DNA from: Propionibacterium sp. | GTDB lineage: Bacteria; Actinomycetota; Actinomycetes; Propionibacteriales; Propionibacteriaceae | Length of the DNA stretch: 34,671 nt | Direction of reading: 5' to 3' | Assembly: GCA_012514785.1 (NCBI GenBank) | Contig: JAAYZP010000027.1 | Coordinates: forward strand, 1 to 34,671 | Shown here: one piece after another, positions 28,300-34,671 of the stretch | Numbering within the stretch: the first letter of the stretch is position 1 | How the letters are laid out: each line of letters begins with the position of its first letter | The notes under the pieces: model-generated | What the model was told of the DNA's origin: nothing | Databases searched by the model: none | What the model saw: only the letters and a program-made list of their open reading frames with translations | Program-made: the position numbers and the translations under genes

Positions 28300-28791
28300 A
28301 TGCGGAAAGTCCTCATCGTCGCCGTGCTGCTGCTCACCGCCTGTGTGTCGAGACCCGACCCCGATCCGGCCGTGATGCGCGATTCCGCGCCCCCCTGGGA
28401 CGCACCCCGCGACGCGATCTCCTACATCGACGCCGCGGGCCTCGAACAGCGCCCGCTGGGGGAGGACACCGACATGTGGGTGGTGGCGCTCACCGTCGAG
28501 GTTGGCGGCCAGGACGTGCTCGTCCCCGCCAAGATCGGCATCGACGGGCCGCGCGCGATCCAGGCGGTCGTACACACGCACGACGAGCAGGGCGACGTGT
28601 GGCTGGAGGGCCCCGACAACGACGTCGCCACGCTCGGCCATTTCTTCAGCCTCTGGGGCGTGGAGTTCGACGGCGACTGCCTCGCCTCGCACTGCGAGGA
28701 GCTCACGGTGCTCGCGGACGGGGAGCCGGTCGACGACCCCGTGAACCTCCAGCTGCGTGGCCACCAGACGGTCGAGGTCAGCGTCCGCTAG
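28300..28791 (+). CDS. Hypothetical lipoprotein with HTHD motif
   Basis: MRK plus hydrophobic stretch plus LTAC lipobox; VHTHDEQG and TLGHFFSLWGV; TAGGTT-N6-ATG. Confidence 0.8.
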   Translation: MRKVLIVAVLLLTACVSRPDPDPAVMRDSAPPWDAPRDAISYIDAAGLEQRPLGEDTDMWVVALTVEVGGQDVLVPAKIGIDGPRAIQAVVHTHDEQGDVWLEGPDNDVATLGHFFSLWGVEFDGDCLASHCEELTVLADGEPVDDPVNLQLRGHQTVEVSVR

Positions 28792-28818
28792 CGGATCTCT
28801 GGCAGGCTTAGGGCCACT

Positions 28819-30222
28819 ATGACCCACACGCACATCGCAGGCTCCCTCCACGCCGACTACTCGGGCATCCAGCCCCAGTGGCTGCAGTGGCCCGAGGATC
28901 TCAATGCCCTCGACGCGAAGCTCTGGCCGCGGGGGACCCACCGCGACGACGAGGGTCGCGTCGTCGTGGGCGGCTCAACGCTGGAGGACCTCGTCGCCGA
29001 GCACGGGTCGCCGTCGTACTTCATCGACGAGGCGGACTTCCGGTCCCGCTGCGCGGACTTCCGCGAGGCGTTCCCGGGCTGGAAGATCTTCTACGCGGCG
29101 AAGTCGCTGCTCACGAGGACGATCGCCCGCTGGGTGGCGGAGGAGGGGCTGAACCTCGACGTCACCACGATGGGCGAGATGCGCATCGCATTGGCCGGCG
29201 GCATGCCGGCCGAGCGGCTCGGGTTCCACGGCAACAACAAGTCCGACGAGGAGATCGTGTTCGCGCTCGAACAGGGGGTCGGCCGGATCATCGTCGACTC
29301 CTTCCACGAGATCGAACGCATCGAGGCGCACTGCGAGGCCGGCGGCCACAAGGCGCGCGTGATGGTGCGCGTCACCACCGGCGTCGAGGCCCACACCCAC
29401 GAATACATCGCCACGGCGCACGAGGACCAGAAGTTCGGGCTCTCGATCACCGGCGGGCAGGCGCTGGCCGGGCTGGTGCGCTGCCACCACTCGCCGCACA
29501 TGGAGCTCGAGGGCATCCACAGCCACAGCGGTTCGCAGATCTTCGAGACCATGGGCTTCGAGGTGGCCATCCGTCGCACCCTCAAGCTGGCGCACCAGTT
29601 CAAGACGGCTACCGGCGTGGAGCTCCCCGCGCTCGACCTGGGCGGTGGCTTCGGGATCGCCTACACGGAGGCCGACACCCCGAAACCCACCGGGGAGATC
29701 GCCGAGGCCTTCGAGGAGATGATCGCGCACGAGTGCCGCGCCTTCGGCCTCCGGCGTCCCGAGCTGTCGATCGAACCGGGGCGCGCGATCAGCGGGCCGG
29801 CCGGCGTGGCCGTGTACACCGTCGGCACCGTCAAGGCCGTGGAGCTCGAGGGCAACAAGACCCGCACCTACGTGTCCGTCGACGGCGGGATGAGCGACAA
29901 CATCCGCCCGGCGCTGTACGCGGCCGAGTACTCGGCCGTACTCGCGGGGCGCACCTCGGATGCCGAGCCGGTGCTCTGCCGCGTCGTCGGCAAGCACTGC
30001 GAGGGCGGGGACATCCTGATCCGCTCGGTATTCCTGCCCGGGGACATCCGGATCGGGGACCTGATCGCGGTGCCCGGCTCCGGCGCCTACGCACGCTCGA
30101 TGGCGAGTAACTACAATCAGGTGCCGAGACCCCCCGTCGTCGGCATCAAGGACGGAACGAGCTCGGTGCTGCTCCGCCGCGAAACCCTGGACGACCTCAT
30201 GCGTCTCGACGTTGGAGAGTGA
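28819..30222 (+). CDS. lysA: Diaminopimelate decarboxylase
   Basis: YAAKS (PLP Lys), HGNNKS, HEDQKFG, LGGGFG, EPGRAI, DGGMSDNIRPALY, GKHCE. Confidence 0.97.
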   Translation: MTHTHIAGSLHADYSGIQPQWLQWPEDLNALDAKLWPRGTHRDDEGRVVVGGSTLEDLVAEHGSPSYFIDEADFRSRCADFREAFPGWKIFYAAKSLLTRTIARWVAEEGLNLDVTTMGEMRIALAGGMPAERLGFHGNNKSDEEIVFALEQGVGRIIVDSFHEIERIEAHCEAGGHKARVMVRVTTGVEAHTHEYIATAHEDQKFGLSITGGQALAGLVRCHHSPHMELEGIHSHSGSQIFETMGFEVAIRRTLKLAHQFKTATGVELPALDLGGGFGIAYTEADTPKPTGEIAEAFEEMIAHECRAFGLRRPELSIEPGRAISGPAGVAVYTVGTVKAVELEGNKTRTYVSVDGGMSDNIRPALYAAEYSAVLAGRTSDAEPVLCRVVGKHCEGGDILIRSVFLPGDIRIGDLIAVPGSGAYARSMASNYNQVPRPPVVGIKDGTSSVLLRRETLDDLMRLDVGE

Positions 30223-30224
30223 AC

Positions 30225-31520
30225 ATGTCTGAACCCCTGAAGATCGCGCTGCTCGGCGCGGGCGTCGTCGGCAGCCAGGTTGCCCGCATCCTGGACGAAC
30301 AGGCCGGCGAGCTCGAGGCTCGCGTCGGCCGCCCGCTGGAGATCATCGGCGTCGGCGTGCGCGACGTCGCCAAGGAGCGCCCCGGCATCGACCCGTCGCT
30401 CATCACCGCCGACCTGGAGCCGCTGGTGGAGGCCGCCGACGTGGTCATCGAGGTGATGGGCGGCATGGAGCCGGCCGGCAGCCTGGTGCGCCGGGCGCTG
30501 ACCAGCGGCACCTCCGTGGTGACGGCGAACAAGGAACTGCTGGCGGAGAACCTCGCCGAGTTCTCGTCCCTGGCCGACGCCAGCGGGGCGGACCTCTACT
30601 TCGAGGCCGCCGTCGCCGGCGCGATCCCGATCGTGCGCCCCCTCAGGGAGTCGCTCGTCGGCGACGAGGTCTACGAGGTGATGGGCATCCTGAACGGCAC
30701 CACCAACTTCATCCTCGACAAGATGATCACCTCCGGCCTCGAGTTCGACGAGGCCCTGCAGCAGGCGAAGGACCTCGGCTACGCGGAGGCGGACCCGACG
30801 GCTGACGTCGGCGGCCACGACGCCGCAGCCAAGGCCGCGCTGCTCGCCGGGCTCGCCTTCCACAGTGATGTGAAGGGCAGCCAGGTTTTCCGCGAGGGCA
30901 TCACCGGCATCACCAAGCAGGACATCGAGGCCGCCAAGGCGATGAATTGCACCGTGAAACTGCTGGCGGTCGCGAGCATCAACGGCGACGACGTCGCGGT
31001 CAAGGTGCACCCCGCCATGGTGCCGCTGACGCATCCGCTGGCCAACGTCTCGGGCGCCTTCAACGCTGTATTCGTCACCTCGCGCGAAGCGGGCGAGCTC
31101 ATGTTCCTGGGCCCCGGCGCAGGGGGAGCGCCCACGGCCTCCGCCGTGATGGGTGACGTCGTCACGGTCGCCCGGCACATCGTCCGCGGCGGCTCGACGC
31201 CGTCGTCGTCGAACTACCGGCGACGCCGCGTCTCCGACATCGGGGCCAGCCGCACCCGGTACTTCATCTCGCTGGAGGTGGAGGACCGCCCCGGCATCCT
31301 CGCGAAGTCGGCCACCGTGTTCGCGACGCACCACGTCTCGGTGCAGACCGTGCAGCAGTCCTATCTCGAGGGCCTGGAGCGCCAGGACGGATTCTCCGCA
31401 CGCCTCGGCTTCATGACGCACGAGGCCACCGAGTCGGACCTCGCCGCCGTCGTCGAGGAACTCCGGGCTGCGGACTTCGTCGGCCCGAACGTGCGGTTCA
31501 TGCGCATCGAAGGATCGTGA
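30225..31520 (+). CDS. hom: Homoserine dehydrogenase with C-terminal ACT domain
   Basis: GAGVVG, VVTANK, FEAAVAGAIP, NGTTNFIL, GYAEADP, DRPGILA; GTG 30219 is an alternative start. Confidence 0.96.
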   Translation: MSEPLKIALLGAGVVGSQVARILDEQAGELEARVGRPLEIIGVGVRDVAKERPGIDPSLITADLEPLVEAADVVIEVMGGMEPAGSLVRRALTSGTSVVTANKELLAENLAEFSSLADASGADLYFEAAVAGAIPIVRPLRESLVGDEVYEVMGILNGTTNFILDKMITSGLEFDEALQQAKDLGYAEADPTADVGGHDAAAKAALLAGLAFHSDVKGSQVFREGITGITKQDIEAAKAMNCTVKLLAVASINGDDVAVKVHPAMVPLTHPLANVSGAFNAVFVTSREAGELMFLGPGAGGAPTASAVMGDVVTVARHIVRGGSTPSSSNYRRRRVSDIGASRTRYFISLEVEDRPGILAKSATVFATHHVSVQTVQQSYLEGLERQDGFSARLGFMTHEATESDLAAVVEELRAADFVGPNVRFMRIEGS

Positions 31521-32392
31521 TGCGGGTCCGCGTACCCGCCACGACGGCCAACCTCGGGTCCGGTTTCGACTGCGTGGGCCTGGCGATCGACTGGTACGAC
31601 GAGCTGGAGCTCACCCTGGGTGGGGAGGGCGTGCGGGTCGACGTCACGGGCGAGGGTGCCGAGCAGGTGCCGCTGGACGAGACGCACCTCGTCGTCGCCA
31701 CCATCCGGCGCGGACTGGAGGAGTGGGGCGACGGCGTCCTACCGCCGATGCGGCTGCGCAGCCACAACACGATCCCGCACTCCCGGGGCCTCGGCTCCTC
31801 GGCCTCCGCGATCGTCGCCGGCCTGGCCCTGGCCTGGGGCATCGCGCGCGACGAGCCGCTCGATCTGCAGGAACTCGGCAGGCTCTCCAGCATCCTCGAA
31901 GGGCACGCCGACAACGCCGCGGCGTCCGTCTACGGGGGCGCGACGCTCGGCTGGATCGAGGACGGGGACGTCACCATCCACCCGCTGCGGGTGCACGACG
32001 ACCTCGTCACGCGGGTGTGGGTGCCTGAGCTCGAAGTGCTGACCAAGGGGGCGCGCGCCGTGCTGCCCGAGCGGGTCACGCACAGGGACGCCGTCGCGCA
32101 GGCGGCATCGGCCGCGACGCTGATCCTCGCGCTCGACCAGCGCCCCGACCTGCTGCTCAAGGCCACAGCCGACCGCCTGCACCAGCGCTACCGCGCGGAC
32201 ATGATGCGCGGCAGCTACGACCTGATGGAGGCGTTGCGGGACGTCCGGGTGCCCGCCACCATCTCCGGGGCCGGGCCGACGGTCATCGCCGTCGGGACGA
32301 GTGAGCAGCTCGCGGTGGCTGATGAGATCCCCGCCGGGGGCTTCGCCATGCACGAGCTGGGCCTCGGCCGCGGCGTCGAATTGTGGAGATAG
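31517..32392 (+). CDS. thrB: Homoserine kinase
   Basis: VPATTANLGSGFD, IPHSRGLGSSA, EGHADN, ISGAGPT. Confidence 0.96.
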   Translation: MMRVRVPATTANLGSGFDCVGLAIDWYDELELTLGGEGVRVDVTGEGAEQVPLDETHLVVATIRRGLEEWGDGVLPPMRLRSHNTIPHSRGLGSSASAIVAGLALAWGIARDEPLDLQELGRLSSILEGHADNAAASVYGGATLGWIEDGDVTIHPLRVHDDLVTRVWVPELEVLTKGARAVLPERVTHRDAVAQAASAATLILALDQRPDLLLKATADRLHQRYRADMMRGSYDLMEALRDVRVPATISGAGPTVIAVGTSEQLAVADEIPAGGFAMHELGLGRGVELWR

Positions 32393-32416
32393 TGGCACTA
32401 CTTCGGCGTTCGACAC

Positions 32417-32446
32417 TTGCTTCGTAGACCATGCAGGGTCTATGCT
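32417..32446 (+). promoter_or_regulatory. TA operon promoter with operator palindrome
   Basis: TTGCTT-N18-TATGCT-N6-ATG, with TAGACC-N6-GGTCTA (32425-32442) lying between the boxes and overlapping the -10. Confidence 0.7.
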
Positions 32447-32452
32447 GTTGGC

Positions 32453-32803
32453 ATGTGGAGCGTCGACATCGAGCTGATTGCTTGGTGGCTCGCTTCGCTG
32501 GATGACGGTTCGCGTGAGCAGGTTGTCGCCGCGATCGAGTTGCTGGAGGACCGAGGTCCGCAGCTCGGGCGTCCCGTCGTCGACACCGTGTCCGCATCCC
32601 GGCACAAGAACATGAAGGAACTCAGGCCAGGGTCGTCTGGTCGATCCGAGTTGCGTGTTCTGTTCGCATTCGATCCGGAGCGATCGGCGATCATGCTGAT
32701 TGCCGGAGACAAGGCCGGCGATTGGAAGCGTTGGTACAAGCGGAACATTCCGCTGGCCGACGACCTGTTCGACGACCACCTGCGTGTACTGAGAGGGGAA
32801 TGA
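32453..32803 (+). CDS. Type II TA toxin, RelE/ParE superfamily (Gp49/HigB-like)
   Basis: GPQLGRPVVDT, HKNMKELR, RVLFAFDPER, AGDK...WY..NIPLAD motifs. Confidence 0.9.
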   Translation: MWSVDIELIAWWLASLDDGSREQVVAAIELLEDRGPQLGRPVVDTVSASRHKNMKELRPGSSGRSELRVLFAFDPERSAIMLIAGDKAGDWKRWYKRNIPLADDLFDDHLRVLRGE

Positions 32804-32806
32804 TCC

Positions 32807-33112
32807 ATGGCAATGACACTCAGGGACTTTGTCGCTGAGCATCCTGTCGACCGAGAGCGCGTCGAGGCGCACAAGGAACGGATGCTCGCGGAGGTCCGCG
32901 CCTACCGCTTGCGTGAACTGCGCGAGCAGGCCGGCCTGACGCAAGCGCAACTGGCAGAGCGCATCGGCGTTGGCCAGCGGCAGGTGTCGAAGATCGAGAA
33001 CGGCGACCTCGACAGCGCGAAGGTCGGCACCATCCGCAACTATCTTAAGGCTGTGGGCGGCGAGCTCGCGCTCGAGTACGTGTTGGGTGACCAGCGCATC
33101 CAGGTCGCCTGA
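32807..33112 (+). CDS. XRE-family HTH antitoxin (HigA-like)
   Basis: LRELREQAGLTQAQLAERIGVGQRQVSKIENG; 3 nt downstream of the toxin. Confidence 0.9.
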   Translation: MAMTLRDFVAEHPVDRERVEAHKERMLAEVRAYRLRELREQAGLTQAQLAERIGVGQRQVSKIENGDLDSAKVGTIRNYLKAVGGELALEYVLGDQRIQVA

Positions 33113-33327
33113 GCTGGTCAAAGGCTACTTGGCTACGGAACGCGGTGCAGTACCGCTTCAACGTGTGCGTGGATGTCCTGCCCGCGCAGTTTTATGTGAC
33201 CTACGGCAGACGATTCGGGTGATCAGTGGGCGAGGCGGGTCGTGACCTGTGGCACTGGCGCGGCGCCTGTTTGTCAAGTCCCCAGGGAACGGGGGCGCAC
33301 CTGCCTGCATTCATGCGTAGTGCGTAG

Positions 33328-33356
33328 TTGGTCACAGGGTCGAGGGCTGCTAGTCT
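33328..33356 (+). promoter_or_regulatory. Probable rho promoter (TTGGTC-N17-TAGTCT)
   Basis: SigA-like -35/-10 with canonical spacing about 125 nt upstream of the rho start. Confidence 0.55.
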
Positions 33357-33481
33357 TGAGTTTGGTTCCCGTTGATTGCATCGCGTGAGGGACATCTATC
33401 CCACCTTGAAACGCAACCGGTCTAACCACTTATAGCTACCCCGGCCACGCCTGGTTCGAATGGCGTGCGGAAGGAAACTCC

Positions 33482-34671
33482 GTGACCGAATCTTTGGCGA
33501 GTCTGAAACTCGTCGATCTCAAATCCAAGGCCTCCACCATGGGGATCAAGGGCATCTCCGGCATGCGCAAGGCCGATCTCATCGCCGCCATCGAGGGCAA
33601 GGGCTCGTCGACGTCGCAGCCCCGCGCGGCCAAGGGCGAGCAGCGCCCGGCGGCCCAGGAGGCCCTCCCCGACACCGACAAGCAGCCCTCCGGCCAGCAG
33701 CGTCAGCAGGCGCAGGGTGACGGGGGACAGCAGCAGTCCGCGCAGGCCCAGCAGGGCGGCGGGCAGTCGGATGGCGGGCAGGGCGGCCAGGACTCCCGCA
33801 GGACGCGTCGTCGACGTGGCACCGGCGGCACCGACCGCAACCCGGCCGATCAGGAGGCCGTCAACGAAGAGGTCGGCGAGCTCCTGGCAGCCGCGATGGG
33901 CGAGCCGCCCCGCAAGCAGACGAGGCAGGATAACCAGCCGCAGGCCCAGCGCCAGCAGCAGCCACAACACCAGCAGCAGTCGCAGCACGACGACTCCGAC
34001 CACCAGGGCGGCACGCGCCGCAACCGCCGTCGCCGCAACCGCGAGCGCGAGCGCCCGCAGAACCGCCGCCGAGGCGGCGGCCAGGGCTTCGACCGCATGG
34101 AGGCGGAGCCGGAGATCGCCGAGGGTGACGTGCTCGCGAACGTGAGCGGCATCGTCGACATCCTCGACAACTACGCCTTCGTCCGCACCTCCGGCTACCT
34201 GCCGGGCTCGCACGACGCCTACGTCTCGATGGGCACGGTGCGCCAGTACGGGCTGCGCCGCGGTGACGTGATCACCGGCGCGATCCGCCAGCCCCGCGAG
34301 GGCGAACGCCGCGAGAAGTACAACCCGCTGGTGCGGCTGGACAGCGTCAACGGCGATGCGCCGGAAAAGGCGAAAAACCGCCCGGAGTTCGCGAAGCTCA
34401 CTCCGCTGTACCCGCAGGAGCGGCTGCGGATGGAGACGACGCAGAACGGCTACCTGGGGCGCATCGTCGACCTGGTGGCGCCCATCGGCAAGGGCCAACG
34501 AGGGCTGATCGTGTCCCCGCCCAAGGCTGGTAAGACGATGGCCATGCAGTCGATCGCCAACGCGATCGCCGAGAACAACCCCGAGGTCCACCTCATGGTG
34601 GTGCTCGTGGACGAGCGCCCGGAGGAGGTCACCGATTTCCAGCGGACCGTCTCCGGCGAGGTGATCGCGTC
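33482..34671 (+). CDS. rho: Transcription termination factor Rho (3' end truncated by the window)
   Basis: Hand translation: MTESLASLKLVDLK...GISGMRKADLIAAI, insertion domain, YAFVRTSGYL, LTPLYP, PIGKGQRGLIVSPPKAGKT, DERPEEVTD; SD GGAAGGA. Confidence 0.97.
   Translation, partial: MTESLASLKLVDLKSKASTMGIKGISGMRKADLIAAIEGKGSSTSQPRAAKGEQRPAAQEALPDTDKQPSGQQRQQAQGDGGQQQSAQAQQGGGQSDGGQGGQDSRRTRRRRGTGGTDRNPADQEAVNEEVGELLAAAMGEPPRKQTRQDNQPQAQRQQQPQHQQQSQHDDSDHQGGTRRNRRRRNRERERPQNRRRGGGQGFDRMEAEPEIAEGDVLANVSGIVDILDNYAFVRTSGYLPGSHDAYVSMGTVRQYGLRRGDVITGAIRQPREGERREKYNPLVRLDSVNGDAPEKAKNRPEFAKLTPLYPQERLRMETTQNGYLGRIVDLVAPIGKGQRGLIVSPPKAGKTMAMQSIANAIAENNPEVHLMVVLVDERPEEVTDFQRTVSGEVIA

Noticed and set aside
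33201-33395. 64-aa minus-strand ORF and 91-aa ORF 32970-33245
   Set aside because: No motifs and atypical codons; they overlap the rho promoter or the antitoxin gene

Overview
High-GC actinobacterial chromosome segment; gene content and order suggest Propionibacteriales, possibly Tessaracoccus-like (inference, no search run). 1-3930 looks accessory: a TetR / FMN-reductase / DHA2-MFS module, then a tandem pair of paralogous ~60-aa membrane-peptide genes in which promoter, ORF and terminator were all duplicated (copy 1 is absent from the ORF track). Next are a FecCD-type ABC importer operon ending in a GntR/FadR regulator, divergent from hemH-hemQ; DUF2332 and YdcF genes; a MarR / ABC exporter pair; a CueP lipoprotein and a class F sortase. 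The rest is mostly conserved actinobacterial core: rsgA-aroA-DoxX-SRAP-sigH-rshA-bL37-pdtaS-whiB1, galK-DUF6104-kgd, a GT87 glycosyltransferase, tRNA-Arg(CCG), lysA-hom-thrB, an inserted toxin-first type II TA pair, and the 5' part of rho. I saw no CRISPR array, integrase or transposase. The best candidate for an undescribed system is the duplicated small-peptide locus at about 3250-3927.
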